A stretch of DNA of 64,000 nt from Gemmatimonadales bacterium (GTDB lineage: Bacteria > Gemmatimonadota > Gemmatimonadetes > Gemmatimonadales > GWC2-71-9). Of this stretch, positions 1 to 10,586 are shown piece after piece; the first letter of the stretch is position 1, and each line of letters begins with the position of its first letter. The stretch spans positions 1,760,001 through 1,824,000 of the forward strand of contig OZ252244.1 in NCBI GenBank assembly GCA_965249575.1, in the 5' to 3' direction. Below the pieces are notes generated by a model. The model saw only the letters and a list, made by a program, of their open reading frames with translations, was not told where the DNA came from and did no database searches. The position numbers and the translations under genes are program-made.

Positions 1-1
1 C

Positions 2-178
2 GACTACCCGATGCTTCGGATCAACGAGATGCCGGTGGTCGAGACGCACATCCTGCCGAGCACCGAAGGCCCCGGTGGGATCGGCGAGCCCGGCTTGCCC
101 CCCATCGCACCGGCGGTGGTGAACGCGCTGTTCGCAGCAACGGGGAAGAGAATCAGGAAGCTGCCGATCAAGGTGTGA
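2..178 (+). CDS. 3' end of xanthine dehydrogenase/isoquinoline 1-oxidoreductase beta-like molybdopterin-binding subunit (partial)
   Basis: Frame 2 reads [58 protein letters not shown]; GxGEP...P A..NA...ATGKRIR is the family C-terminus. Confidence 0.85.
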   Translation, partial: DYPMLRINEMPVVETHILPSTEGPGGIGEPGLPPIAPAVVNALFAATGKRIRKLPIKV

Positions 179-275
179 GGAGGACCGCGCGCCACACCGC
201 ACTAACGGAGAGTGAGTGGTGAGCAGTGAGAAGGGCGGCCCCCCGCCACCCAGTTGGGTGACGGGGGGTCTGATC

Positions 276-1388
276 TTACTGCCGGATGAGGACCAGCGGC
301 TCGGACGTCAGTGCCGGGAATGTGGTGGGGTTGCCAGGGCCGGTAAGCTCTCCCGTTATCGTCTGCCCGTCTCCTGACATCACGCCCGTGAACACCCAAT
401 AGGTCGGTCCCATGAACTCGTCGAAGTTCATGACCACGTCGAACCCGTTCCTCGTACCGGTCCCGACCAGCGAGGTGCCCGTGAGGCCGTAACTGATCGG
501 GGCGCTCAGGTTGAGCGTTCCGTTGTTGTCGACGACGTCCACGATGAAGTCGAGGCTGGGACTGGTGGCGGCCGATCCGTTCCACTCGCCCGTGATGGAC
601 GACGGCATGGGAGCCGCGGCGATGCCGTATTCGCTGAAGCTATTGATCGAGCCCGTCACGGTGTTGGCGGCTTCATCGACCGTGCTGCCCGGCACGGGTT
701 GCCAGACGCTGTTGACGACGGCCTGAAGCAAGAGATCCGCCTCCATGATGCCACTCGGAATGTCGGCTGGATCGTACTCGATGGTGAGCTGGACCGGCTG
801 GGCGAACGTCGTGCCGTTCGGGCCAAAGTCGAACGTCGTGTTCGCCACGAGACCCGGGTTCGCAGGAGGCACGCTGACCGGGGCCACCGTAACGGTCACC
901 GGCGTGGCCACGGCACCGGCGGGGACGACGAGGGTGACTTGACCGCCGGCCGCTGACACTGTGCCGCCCGCGGTACCGGTGGTGACGTCGATCGTGGCCG
1001 TGCCGTCGATGGACTCGGAGGTGGCGGTGATCGTCGCCATGCCGTTCGGACCGGCGGCCGTCGCCAGGCCCGCCCCATCGACGGTGATGACCGTCGGGTC
1101 GGACGACGCCCAGGTAAACGTCTTGCCGGTCAGCGTGGCCCCACCGGCGTCCAGGGCGCTCGCCATCAACTGCACGTTGTCGCCGGCGGACCCCAACGTC
1201 GTCGTCGGGGGCGTGACGTTCACCGTCGCCACTGCCGCAGCGCCCCCGCCCCCGCCCCCGCCGCCAGCGCCGCCCGCGGGCCCGGTGCCATCTCCACAGG
1301 CACCGAGGAACAGCATCGCGACTAGGGCCGAGGCAACTGGTAGCGTTGCGCCGAACACCGGTCGATCTTGGCGACGGCGGCCGGGCAT
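276..1388 (-). CDS. Lipoprotein with bacterial Ig-like (Big_2) and ZU5-like domains
   Basis: Lipobox LGAC, Gly linker, TWASSDPTVITVD..GL.TA Ig motif, FGPNGTTFAQPVQLTI ZU5-like motif. Confidence 0.7.
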   Translation of the reverse strand: MPGRRRQDRPVFGATLPVASALVAMLFLGACGDGTGPAGGAGGGGGGGGAAAVATVNVTPPTTTLGSAGDNVQLMASALDAGGATLTGKTFTWASSDPTVITVDGAGLATAAGPNGMATITATSESIDGTATIDVTTGTAGGTVSAAGGQVTLVVPAGAVATPVTVTVAPVSVPPANPGLVANTTFDFGPNGTTFAQPVQLTIEYDPADIPSGIMEADLLLQAVVNSVWQPVPGSTVDEAANTVTGSINSFSEYGIAAAPMPSSITGEWNGSAATSPSLDFIVDVVDNNGTLNLSAPISYGLTGTSLVGTGTRNGFDVVMNFDEFMGPTYWVFTGVMSGDGQTITGELTGPGNPTTFPALTSEPLVLIRQ

Positions 1389-1482
1389 GCGTACCTCCGG
1401 GATTGTCGATTGGGTGAGAGTGCCGGTAAGCTACCGGTGAAGACGGGGTTGTCTAGCGGAATTATGAAGACGAGTATTCTCC

Positions 1483-1935
1483 ATGACCCTTCGCTGGCTG
1501 ATCGCGTCGATTCATCTCGTGGCCCTGGGCGTCGGATTGGGAGCGGTCTTCGCGCGGGCACACGCACTTCGGAGCGCCCGCGAGGCCTCCGATCTCGACG
1601 CGGTTTTTCTCGCGGACAAACTGTGGGGTGTCGCCGCACTGCTGTGGGTCGCAACGGGAGTTTGGCGCGCCTTTGGCGGCATCGAGAAGGGCACCGCGTA
1701 CTACCTGGCCCATCCACTGTTCTACGCCAAGCTCGGGATCTTCGTTCTCATCGTGCTGCTCGAGATCCGTCCGGCGGTGGCGCTGGTCAAATGGCGCCGG
1801 CTGCGAGCCAAGGCAGGGCCGGTCGATCTCGCGCTCGCTCCCACGTTCGCGCGCATCAGCTACGTTCAGCTCGGCCTCGTGCTGGTGATCGTGTTTCTAG
1901 CAACCGGGATCGCGAGGGGGTTGGGATTGGGGTAG
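1483..1935 (+). CDS. DUF2214 family membrane protein
   Basis: D..WG.AA.....TG..R.FGG.EKG..YY...PLF..KL pattern; four hydrophobic segments. Confidence 0.8.
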   Translation: MTLRWLIASIHLVALGVGLGAVFARAHALRSAREASDLDAVFLADKLWGVAALLWVATGVWRAFGGIEKGTAYYLAHPLFYAKLGIFVLIVLLEIRPAVALVKWRRLRAKAGPVDLALAPTFARISYVQLGLVLVIVFLATGIARGLGLG

Positions 1936-2084
1936 GGGTAGGGGGTAGGGGGTTGCGAATCGCCCGTATGGTCGCCACGGCAGGTCGGCTAGTTTGTCGC
2001 ATAGGCGACGCCTTGATCGAGTTCCCTAACCCCAACTCCCCAACCCCTTGGGGGGGAAGGGAGCGGTGGCCGGCGCCGGCGCCG

Positions 2085-3294
2085 TTACCGGCCAAATCCG
2101 AGACCCACTCCGAGCGTGTGTTTGCTCGAAAGCCCTATCTGGATTCCGTCCCGTCGGGTCTTCACGAACCAGACGCCGAAATCTCCGCCCGCCAGCGGTA
2201 TCACGCCGGGATAGACGTTGATAGTCCACGTTCGGTCTCCGGAGCCGCTCCACTGAAGGTTTGCCAGCAAGGATCCGTTGCGGTCCACCGATAGACCGCC
2301 GGAGAGCCAGAGATCCACCGACTCAACTGCGGTAACCGGATCTTCGAACCTCGTGATGGCATCCCACCCCATCGCGGCACTGATATCCAACCCCCCGGGC
2401 CGGTGGAATGTGAGTCCGAGCTGGGCGGCCATCCCTTCGCGGAAAAAGATCGACGTGTTGGGAATTGGACTCAGAGGTATTTTGAAGATCAGGTTGTTCC
2501 CGTTGTTCATGACCTGCCAATCGGGAAGGGTGATAGCGGCCTGGCTGGGCCAAATCCTGGCCTTCAAGGTGCGTGAAAAAAAACCGCGCCACCGCGTCGT
2601 TGGTGAACAGGAGGATTCCTCCTGGGTCGAAGAGGAGCAGGTCGACGACCATCGACGGATAACCCGCCTCGATTCCGGGGCTTTCGTAAGCCTCGTTGAG
2701 CACCGACGCGGTAAGGCTCGTAATCGCCGCGAAGAGTCCCGGAAGGGGCACGCCGCGGGCATCGAACCACTCACTCAGCCGCCGATTGGTAATACCTCCC
2801 TCGATAAGGTGGCCCACATAGTTTGTGGCCCAGCTCATACTGCTGATGTCCCAAGTGAGCGGAAGGACGTGTCTTTCAATAGTGCGCTCCCAACCCCAAC
2901 GCTCGATTACTTCTACCGGATGGAGGACCGATTCTTCAACGGCCCCCCACCCGTAGGGGTAGTCGAAGATCCTGCGACTGAAGTTGGACAACTGAGCGAC
3001 CGAAAAACCCTTATTGAGGATGACATCCAGAGGACCGGCGGTCGCATCGCTCCCGTACGGCAACCCGAAGTAGAAAAAGGGTCCGTCATCCCGGTGCGGT
3101 GCGACGCTATCGGCCGCGCCGACTTCCCCAATAACCGATTCGCCTTGATGAGTCGTCTGGACCAGTGCTGCAGGTCCGACGCCCAGGGTGAGAAGAGCAA
3201 TAGAGACTGTTAACCCCAAGTTGTCCGTCGCTTTCCTTTGAGGCCTGCCATTGGTGAACGGCGTGGCGCCCGCCACGGGTTCAGTCGCTCGCAC
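2085..3294 (-). CDS. Secreted/membrane hypothetical protein split by a frameshift
   Basis: ORFs 2323..3294 and 2085..2774 join as ..NDAVARFFSRTLKARIWPSQ.. if one base is removed from the A8 run at 2576-2583. Confidence 0.6.
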
Positions 3295-3555
3295 CCGCCG
3301 GCGGACCTCCGCCGACTACCGGACGCGCCAGTTCCTCCAGGACCCGCGCCCTAGTTTAGTGCATTCGCAGCAAACTGGAGCAGTCGCATCGCTGAGCTGA
3401 TTATGGTGCCTCCCCACCGCAACCCTTCCGCTACAGTGAGCAGGCCGCCCTCCTGGCTCCCTTACTCCCGCACCTGCGGCCTGTCGCTGAACCCCCTTTT
3501 GAGTTATGAACTACCCAACCCCTAACCCCTACTCCCTAACCCCTGGGAGACCAAT

Positions 3556-4941
3556 ATGAGTGGGCGAATCGTGCTTCTGACCGTTCTCGGAGTCCTGTGG
3601 GCGGCTCCGATCTACTCGCAGTATCCCCCCGGCCAGCAGGGCAGCTCGAACGTTCACGTGCTCGCTCATCTGCCGCTGGGCGGTGAGTTGAGCGCGGCGG
3701 ACATCGACATGGAGCAAGAGCTGTCGCGGCCCTACGCCTACGTGTCGCGGTTCGGCCGGCTCGGCGGGCACTACGGGTTCAGCATCATCGGGATTAAGGA
3801 GCCCACCCGTCCAAAGCTCCTCTACGACTGGACCATCGAAGAGCCCAAGCTCCATCAGGGTCACGGCTCCATCGACGTGCGGCACTTCAAGGTGAACCAG
3901 CGCCACTACGTCGCCGAGGCGTTCCAGTTCAGAGCCTCGGGCCCCGACAACGACCTGGGGGCGGTGGTGGTCGACGTCACGGGATTGCCCGATACGTCGA
4001 CGATCAAGGAGGCCGGGCGCATTCGAACGCCCGAGACGCCGGGCGGCTTTCACAACGTGTACGCGTACAAGCACTCGACCGGCCGAGTGCTGCTGTTCGC
4101 TACCGTACAGAGTCACCCGAGCGTGCCCCACGGGATCAACATCTACGACATGGAGTTGTTCCTGAGCGGCGCGCCGAACGACGGTCTCGTGGGGCGGATC
4201 CCCCTGCCCGAGCCGCGTGGTACACCCTACGGCGGCTACCACGACGCCTTCGTCGCGTACGATCCCGCGACGCGGCAGGATCGATTTTACGGTGGCGGAC
4301 CCGAGGTCACGCCGACGGGCGGCTTTTACGTTTGGGACGTCACCGACACCCGGGAGCCCAAGCTCCTCGCGTCGATCGTCGGCTCCGCGGGCCAGACCGG
4401 CTCACACACGTTCCTCGCCACGCCCGACGGACGGTACGTCATCTCCAAGTCGGGTGGGATCCAGCCGTACAAGATCTTCGATTTGAAGCCAGCGCTCGAC
4501 GGCGAGGTCAATAACATCACGCGTCCCGTCGGCGCGTGGTGGGCCACCGATTGGAAGATGAAGAACCAATCCCACCAGGGTGAGGTGCGCTGGCCATACG
4601 TCTTCGTCTCAGGGTATCAGGACGGCCTGCACGTCATCAACATGATGGACCCCACGGCGCCTTACACCGTCGGATACTACGACACCTACGACGGCCCGCA
4701 CGAGAACGCGCGCGCCGGTGCGCCGAAGACCCTCGTCGGCGGCACCAGCGACGGGGCGTGGGGAGTGGACGTGAGGAACGCCGACGGCCTCATCGTGGTG
4801 AGCGACCTGCGGACCGGGTTCTGGGTGTTCAAGATGGACGGTTTCGACGGCTGGAACGGGCACCAGTGGGGCGTGCCCGACAACTCGAGCGCGCAGGATT
4901 GGGATAGGGGACCGGAGGGAGCTCCCAGACCCGTGAGCTGA
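3556..4941 (+). CDS. Secreted LVIVD-repeat beta-propeller protein
   Basis: Signal peptide; repeated VVVDVT, VWDVTD, VINMMDP..P..VGYYDT motifs; GGAGA RBS. Confidence 0.75.
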   Translation: MSGRIVLLTVLGVLWAAPIYSQYPPGQQGSSNVHVLAHLPLGGELSAADIDMEQELSRPYAYVSRFGRLGGHYGFSIIGIKEPTRPKLLYDWTIEEPKLHQGHGSIDVRHFKVNQRHYVAEAFQFRASGPDNDLGAVVVDVTGLPDTSTIKEAGRIRTPETPGGFHNVYAYKHSTGRVLLFATVQSHPSVPHGINIYDMELFLSGAPNDGLVGRIPLPEPRGTPYGGYHDAFVAYDPATRQDRFYGGGPEVTPTGGFYVWDVTDTREPKLLASIVGSAGQTGSHTFLATPDGRYVISKSGGIQPYKIFDLKPALDGEVNNITRPVGAWWATDWKMKNQSHQGEVRWPYVFVSGYQDGLHVINMMDPTAPYTVGYYDTYDGPHENARAGAPKTLVGGTSDGAWGVDVRNADGLIVVSDLRTGFWVFKMDGFDGWNGHQWGVPDNSSAQDWDRGPEGAPRPVS

Positions 4942-4945
4942 CGAA

Positions 4946-5293
4946 GGTGAGTGGTGAGTGGTGAGTGGTGAGTGGTGAGTGGTGAGTGGTGAGTGGTGAG
5001 TGGTGAGTGGTGAGTGGTGAGTGGTGAGTGGTGAGTGGTGAGTGGTGAGTGGTGAGTGGTGAGTGGTGAGTGGTGAGTGGTGAGTGGTGAGTGGTGAGTG
5101 GTGAGTGGTGAGTGGTGAGTGGTGAGTGGTGAGTGGTGAGTGGTGAGTGGTGAGTGGTGAGTGGTGAGTGGTGAGTGGTGAGTGGTGAGTGGTGAGTGGT
5201 GAGTGGTGAGTGGTGAGTGGTGAGTGGTGAGTGGTGAGTGGTGAGTGGTGAGTGGTGAGTGGTGAGTGGTGAGTGGTGAGTGGTGAGTGGTGA
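4946..5293 (+). repeat. Perfect tandem heptamer (GGTGAGT)n, about 50 copies
   Basis: 348 bp of uninterrupted 7-bp period starting 5 bp after the LVIVD gene stop. Confidence 0.98.
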
Positions 5294-5410
5294 ACCAAGA
5301 GGGTTATGAAACCCCGCGCAGTTGGCAAGCGCGGCTCGGCCCAGTCTGTCGGTAAGGCGACGTGTGGCATGAAGTCCCAACCCCCAACCCCTACCCCCTA
5401 CCCCCCGGAG

Positions 5411-6913
5411 TCAGGATTGGGGCGGGGCGGCAGGGCAGGACCTCCTTACTCTTTCGATCGCCTCTCTCGGTCTCTCCCTGCTCACATTCCAGCCGCGCCA
5501 ATCGGCCGCGGTCCGCGGTTTCCAGTTGTCGATCGCTTTCCAGAAGTCCTCACACTGGGCGGGTGAGAGCAGCGCGGGGGCGCGGGCGACCAGCTCGGGG
5601 ATCGCGGCCGTGTGTAGCCGGGTGACGTATTCCAGGTCCAGCTCCGCGCCGGCCTCCGCGCGCTCGAGGTTGGTACGCGCGATGATGGCGTCCGGATTCA
5701 TGGCGTTCAGGACCGCCAGGGTGGCGAAGCCCGTGGTGACCGCGCCGAACGCGAAGCGGTTCCGCATTCCTCTGAGCACCGTCACGCCGAACAGCGCCAG
5801 CACGACACCGATCCACGCCATGAACGCCGTGGCGTAGAAGCGATCTTCGGTGAGACCGTAGGCGTCCATGTAGAGCCGCATGCGCTGCACCGCCGACAAC
5901 ATGATGAAGCCGATGAGGGCGAGGAGTGTCGCGGCGAGGGTCCGAAAGCGGGTCACCGTCCGGGGATTGCGCTTGTCGAGCAGCCAGTCAGTGCCGAGCA
6001 GCACCGGAAGCAGGAGCGTGCCGACCGTGACCAGCTCGAAGAAACCGCCCCGCGCGTATTCGGCGTACGTCAGGCCCGCGGTCTCCAAGATCACCGCATC
6101 TCCGCCGAACAAGTAGCGCGCCTGCAGTCCTAAGAACACGAGGAAGGTGACGCCCAGCGCTCCCAGCGGGATCCCAAGCTCCACGATGCCCAGCTCCGGT
6201 TTGCTCGGAGCCTTTGCGAGGGCCGAGCCTCCGAGTGCGAGAACCGAGTCTGTGCCGGTGGCGAGGGTGCGCAGGTAACCGGTCGACGTCCACGCGATGA
6301 ATCCTGCGAGGACGAAGTGCGACGCGATGGTGGTGAAATCCCAATCCACCAGCGACCGCACGATCCGCTCGAAGCCCGGATCGGCCGACGACAGGAGCCC
6401 ACCGAACACGAACAGCACCGGAACGGTCAGCGCCACGCCCACCGCGGCGGCTCTCGCCCGGCGCCCGCCGCCCAGCCAGCGGAGATCGTCGGGCTTCAGC
6501 ATCAACGCGCCGCCGGCCGCGTTCACGCCGCTCGCGGCGAGTCCCATGGCGTAGTCAGTGATACGCGCGAGCCGAAGCCGAACGCCGTGCAGCTGCAGTG
6601 CGGGCAGGGAGAGTGCGCTCAGGATCGCGACGCCGTTCCAAAACCGGAGGAAGCCCGAGTCCCGCCACCCGTAACAGAGGGCAAAGAACATCACGGCCAG
6701 CAGAGGCCACCCCGAGACTCGCGCGCGATTACTTGCCGGGTAGGGCAACAGGGACCATCCCGTGGCGACCGCCACCCCCATGAACAGCGGCAGATTGATG
6801 CCCCACGGTGTGGCTCTTAGCAGGCCGTCGCCAAGGATGCCGAGGAGGACGGCCAGGCCGAGGATGCCGAGTCTGTGGTGGGCGGGCGGGAATGTGGTGT
6901 CGAGGCTCTGCAT
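5411..6913 (-). CDS. DUF4153/DUF4173 multi-pass membrane protein
   Basis: GLTYAEYAR.GFFELV, RMRLY..AYGLT..R, NPDA.IA..N motifs; start placed at MQSLDTT. Confidence 0.85.
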   Translation of the reverse strand: MQSLDTTFPPAHHRLGILGLAVLLGILGDGLLRATPWGINLPLFMGVAVATGWSLLPYPASNRARVSGWPLLAVMFFALCYGWRDSGFLRFWNGVAILSALSLPALQLHGVRLRLARITDYAMGLAASGVNAAGGALMLKPDDLRWLGGGRRARAAAVGVALTVPVLFVFGGLLSSADPGFERIVRSLVDWDFTTIASHFVLAGFIAWTSTGYLRTLATGTDSVLALGGSALAKAPSKPELGIVELGIPLGALGVTFLVFLGLQARYLFGGDAVILETAGLTYAEYARGGFFELVTVGTLLLPVLLGTDWLLDKRNPRTVTRFRTLAATLLALIGFIMLSAVQRMRLYMDAYGLTEDRFYATAFMAWIGVVLALFGVTVLRGMRNRFAFGAVTTGFATLAVLNAMNPDAIIARTNLERAEAGAELDLEYVTRLHTAAIPELVARAPALLSPAQCEDFWKAIDNWKPRTAADWRGWNVSRERPREAIERVRRSCPAAPPQS

Positions 6914-7152
6914 GACAGGCAATGTAAAGTACTTTGTTATACAAAGCCAACCTGCCTCACCTACCCCAGGATACGATCCCAAGGCTGGACGCGGCCGCCT
7001 TGATGCGCCCTACTGGTCGACAGGCTGGCGGTTCCGCCGGTTTTACGGCCTTCGGCGTCTTACCTAGTTCGCTTTGACGACTCTGCACTTCCATAACCCT
7101 TTTACTAGAATTGAGTTACCAAGACCATGGACTTGTCGTCGTCAAGATGGAA

Positions 7153-7215
7153 GTAAATAATACTTGACAACAAGTAAAGATAGATATACCTTCATTCACG
7201 TCAATAATGTTTAAC
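7153..7215 (+). promoter_or_regulatory. Sigma70-type promoter with three 16-bp operator-like sites
   Basis: TTGACA 7164-7169, 17-bp spacer, TACCTT 7187-7192; GTAAATAATACTTGAC 7153, GTAAAGATAGATATAC 7174, GTCAATAATGTTTAAC 7200. Confidence 0.7.
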
Positions 7216-7228
7216 ATTGGGAACGCAG

Positions 7229-7666
7229 ATGTCTTTCACTGAGATGCGCAGCTGGGTCTTTCTGGTGGTCACGGCGGTCGCCTACTTGGCCTACGTCGCG
7301 GTCATCCTCGGGCGAGCGCAGGGCGCCCCCACCGCCGGCGTGCCCTACGCATGGCCCATGATCTGGTCCATCGGGGCCGCGATCGTGGCGACCATCGCGG
7401 GCTCCATCCTGGCCGCGATCATTGCGGCCAAAGGTGGGGAGAGGAGGTTCGAGCCCGACGAGCGGGACGCCGGCATCGAGCGGTACGGTGACGTCATCGG
7501 CTACACCGCTCTCTCCATCGGCATCCTGGGCGCGCTGGTTTTGACGATGGCCGAGGTGGCGCACTTCTGGATCGGCAACGCGATCTACCTGTCTTTCTTC
7601 CTGGCCTCGCAGATCGGTACCGCCGTGAAGCTCGTCGCCTACCGCCGGGGCTTTCCATCGTGGTGA
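7229..7666 (+). CDS. Four-TM membrane protein (DUF2178-like, DERD motif)
   Basis: Hydrophobic helices around [11 protein letters not shown]; overlaps downstream HTH gene. Confidence 0.7.
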   Translation: MSFTEMRSWVFLVVTAVAYLAYVAVILGRAQGAPTAGVPYAWPMIWSIGAAIVATIAGSILAAIIAAKGGERRFEPDERDAGIERYGDVIGYTALSIGILGALVLTMAEVAHFWIGNAIYLSFFLASQIGTAVKLVAYRRGFPSW

Positions 7667-7941
7667 AGCCGACGAGAGTCACCAACGCCATTCGGTCTCT
7701 CCGGTTCGCGCACGGAGAGATGACGCAGGCGCAGCTGGCGGACAAGGTCGGCGTGACGCGCCAGACCATCATCGCCATCGAACAAGGCAAGTATTCGCCT
7801 TCGCTCGAAATGGCCTATCGAATCGCGCGGGTCTTCGGCGTGCCTCTCGACGATGTCTTCGAGTACCCCGACTCGGGGCCGGCTGCGGAGAAGTCCAAAG
7901 AAGACAACGACCCTGAGCGTGATGGGAGATACAATGACTAG
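7660..7941 (+). CDS. XRE-family HTH transcriptional regulator
   Basis: [39 protein letters not shown]. Confidence 0.92.
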   Translation: MVKPTRVTNAIRSLRFAHGEMTQAQLADKVGVTRQTIIAIEQGKYSPSLEMAYRIARVFGVPLDDVFEYPDSGPAAEKSKEDNDPERDGRYND

Positions 7942-8296
7942 CATAGGGCTCGCACTGGAAAGCCGGTTACGGCCGGGGACGTGCACTGCCGTGCCGGATC
8001 TCGCAGGCCGGTTTGAATCGCGGCCGGCGACAGTCGAGCCGGCCCGTGGAGGTCCGAAGGACTACTGCCTCTTCGACGAGCGTGGGAAGCACCTCGGTAC
8101 GATCGTCGCCCCCCGCATCACGCCGGTGCTCGGCGCGAGTGCGCCGACGCTCTATCTGAGGAATCGAGGGACAGAAACCGGGGCGCCGCAGAACGCGCCC
8201 GCGGCCGAACGGAAGCACAAACGCTATGAGAACATCGTGATCGCGGTCATCATCACGATGGCTATATCGAGCTTCGTGTTTGGAGCGGTCCCATGA
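7934..8296 (+). CDS. Hypothetical protein, possibly a chimeric remnant
   Basis: ATG after GGAG; C-terminal hydrophobic segment; no recognised family. Confidence 0.3.
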   Translation: MTSIGLALESRLRPGTCTAVPDLAGRFESRPATVEPARGGPKDYCLFDERGKHLGTIVAPRITPVLGASAPTLYLRNRGTETGAPQNAPAAERKHKRYENIVIAVIITMAISSFVFGAVP

Positions 8297-8366
8297 CGGT
8301 GCAGGGTATCAGCGCCACTCGCAGTTCGTCGAACCGCCAATTCCGTCATCGTCGAGGCGCCAAAGC

Positions 8367-8999
8367 ATGACGCCGAGCGTGAAGAAGTCAGAGTGGTTCT
8401 GGGACCGGGCAGCCAGGCGATACGACAGGCAGGCTCAGAAGGATGAGGCACACGACAGGGCCGTTGAGCGTTTTGCGAAGTACCTCGACGCAGACCACAC
8501 GGTTTTGGACTACGCGTGCGGGACCGGCGTCGTCTCCTTCAAGATCGCGGCTGACGTGAAAGAGGTGCACGCGATTGATACCTCCGCCGGGATGATCGAC
8601 CTGGCGAAGGAGCGGGCGCGCGAACGCGAGGTCGCGAATGTGCACTTCGCGCGGAAGACGATCTTTGACGAGGGGCTTGGGAGAGAGTCGCATGACGTGA
8701 TCCTGGCCTTCAACATTCTGCATCTGGTGGAGGATGCGCGAAAGACGGTCAAACGGGCTTCCGAGCTGCTGAGTCCGGGAGGACTCATGGTCTCCAGTAC
8801 GCCCTGCTTGGGGGAGGCTGGGTTGGTCCTCAGGACTCTCTTGCCTCTCATCAGCAAGGTCGGGATCCTTTCATACCTGAGGACGTTCCGGATCTCTGAG
8901 GTGAAAGAGTTGATGCGTGACGGAGGATTTCAGATTCTGGAGTTCGAAGTCCTCAAAGGCGCGATACCGAGTTGTTTTGCCGTTGCCCGGAAGCGGTAG
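8367..8999 (+). CDS. Class I SAM-dependent methyltransferase
   Basis: FWDR.A..YD, VLDYACGTG, DVILAFNILH, LLSPGG motifs. Confidence 0.88.
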   Translation: MTPSVKKSEWFWDRAARRYDRQAQKDEAHDRAVERFAKYLDADHTVLDYACGTGVVSFKIAADVKEVHAIDTSAGMIDLAKERAREREVANVHFARKTIFDEGLGRESHDVILAFNILHLVEDARKTVKRASELLSPGGLMVSSTPCLGEAGLVLRTLLPLISKVGILSYLRTFRISEVKELMRDGGFQILEFEVLKGAIPSCFAVARKR

Positions 9000-9233
9000 G
9001 TGGGCGCGCGGTCTGCGGCAGCCAGGGCACCGCTCGCGCCCTTACTCCACTTCTCCAACCAGGTCGCCTTCACCTCTTCACCAGCCTAGGTGGGGAAGGC
9101 GCTCCCGGGACGTGCATTGAAGGGCACTCGCGTAACCGAAGCAGCGTCATTCAAGCCCTGGTGCCCCGGCCATCCCGCTCGATAGATTCGCCTGGCCGAG
9201 CACCGCATCCCCGACAGAGGCAAAGGAGCGACG

Positions 9234-10586
9234 ATGTCCGATCGCCGGAGCCCACCCATTCGCGGTCGTGATCTGCCGCGGGGCGCGTCCGTTCTCGACG
9301 GTCGGGCGAGTCCCTCGCCCGCGGATCCCGCTGCCGAATCCGACTCGGCGGAATCCACTTACACACGGAGGGAGCTCCTTGCCGGCGCGGTCGGCGCAAC
9401 GGGCGCGGCGGTACTCGGAGGTGGCGTCCTGCGACAGCTCGCTGCCACCGAAGCCACGCCTTCGGCACAGTCGCAGGCGGTGGATACGACGACTCGGCAG
9501 GGAAGGCCGATCAGCAAGCTGGGCGTCAGGTCGCCGCACGAGAGTCCGGAGCGCGTCCTGTTCGCGAACTCCTCCGGGACACCACACGAGGATCTCCACG
9601 GGATCATCACTCCCGCGGACCTCCACTTCGAGCGACACCATGCGGGCATACCGAACATCGACCCGAGACAGTACACGCTGCTCGTGCACGGCATGGTCGA
9701 GCGCCCTACGGTTTTCACCCTCGAGGACCTCGAGCGCTTTCCGTCCACGTCGGTCATCCACTTCCTCGAGTGCTCTGGCAACTTCACCGCCGACTCGCCG
9801 GAGGACACGCGCCCTGCGCGGGTCGCGCCGCTCACGAGCACGAGTGAGTGGACGGGAGTCCCGCTGTCCGTCTTGTTCCGTGAGGTTGGCGTCCTGCCCG
9901 AGGCCACGTGGTTTTTGGCGGAAGGTCAGGATGCGGCGGTGATGACTCGCAGCATTCCGATAGCCAAGGCCTACGACGACGCCATAATCACATACGGTCA
10001 GAACGGTGAGGCGCTGCGGCCCGAGCAGGGATACCCTGCCCGTCTCCTCAATCCGGGTTGGGAGGGTAACTCGAACGTGAAATGGCTGCGCCGGATCGAG
10101 CTGTCCGACCGGCCCTTCATGACTCGGGAGGAGACGTCCAAATACACGGAGCCGATCGGTGACGGAAAGAGCCGTCAATTCTCGTTCGTGATGGACGCGC
10201 GGTCCCTGATCACCTATCCCGGCTACCCGCGAACCTTGGAGCCGGGGTGGATCGAGATCCGGGGCATCGCCTGGAGTGGAAGGGGGCGCATCGCCAGGGT
10301 CGAGATCAGCCTCGACGACAGGGACACCTGGGTCGAGGCCGACCTGCAAGAGCCGGTGCTGTCCAAGGCACACACGCGGTTCCGCTACTTGTGGAACTGG
10401 GACGGACGCGAGACCGCCATCTGGAGTCGGGCGATCGACGAGACGGGCTACGTGCAGCCGAGTCAGGAAGAGTGGATCGCGGCCCGCACGACCGCCTCAG
10501 GACCGTACCATCGGAATCCCACCACCGGTTGGCGCATCCGAGCGGACGGCTCGGTGATCTACCGCCGGCAGGAGTGGACGGCATGA
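9234..10586 (+). CDS. soxC: Sulfite dehydrogenase molybdopterin subunit (SoxC-like), Tat-exported
   Basis: TRRELLAG Tat motif; HFERHHAG, FLECSGN, QNGEALRPEQGYP.RL..PGWEGN..VKWL, REETSKYT. Confidence 0.88.
   Translation: MSDRRSPPIRGRDLPRGASVLDGRASPSPADPAAESDSAESTYTRRELLAGAVGATGAAVLGGGVLRQLAATEATPSAQSQAVDTTTRQGRPISKLGVRSPHESPERVLFANSSGTPHEDLHGIITPADLHFERHHAGIPNIDPRQYTLLVHGMVERPTVFTLEDLERFPSTSVIHFLECSGNFTADSPEDTRPARVAPLTSTSEWTGVPLSVLFREVGVLPEATWFLAEGQDAAVMTRSIPIAKAYDDAIITYGQNGEALRPEQGYPARLLNPGWEGNSNVKWLRRIELSDRPFMTREETSKYTEPIGDGKSRQFSFVMDARSLITYPGYPRTLEPGWIEIRGIAWSGRGRIARVEISLDDRDTWVEADLQEPVLSKAHTRFRYLWNWDGRETAIWSRAIDETGYVQPSQEEWIAARTTASGPYHRNPTTGWRIRADGSVIYRRQEWTA

Noticed and set aside
1245..1275. 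GC-rich repeat inside the Ig-like gene
   Set aside because: Encodes an in-frame poly-Gly linker after the lipobox
4946..5293. CRISPR array
   Set aside because: No spacers and no cas genes; no repeat-spacer array was seen anywhere in the window
4609..5380. ORFs encoding (HHSPLTT)n
   Set aside because: Translations of the heptamer tract on the stop-free strand; they overlap the LVIVD gene in antisense
7094..7118. Imperfect palindrome TAACCCTTTT-ACTAG-AATTGAGTTA as dif/Xer site
   Set aside because: Does not fit the 11-6-11 dif consensus well enough to call
9147..10373. 408-aa antisense ORF and similar long shadow ORFs throughout
   Set aside because: Expected in high-GC DNA opposite well-supported genes; no family motifs
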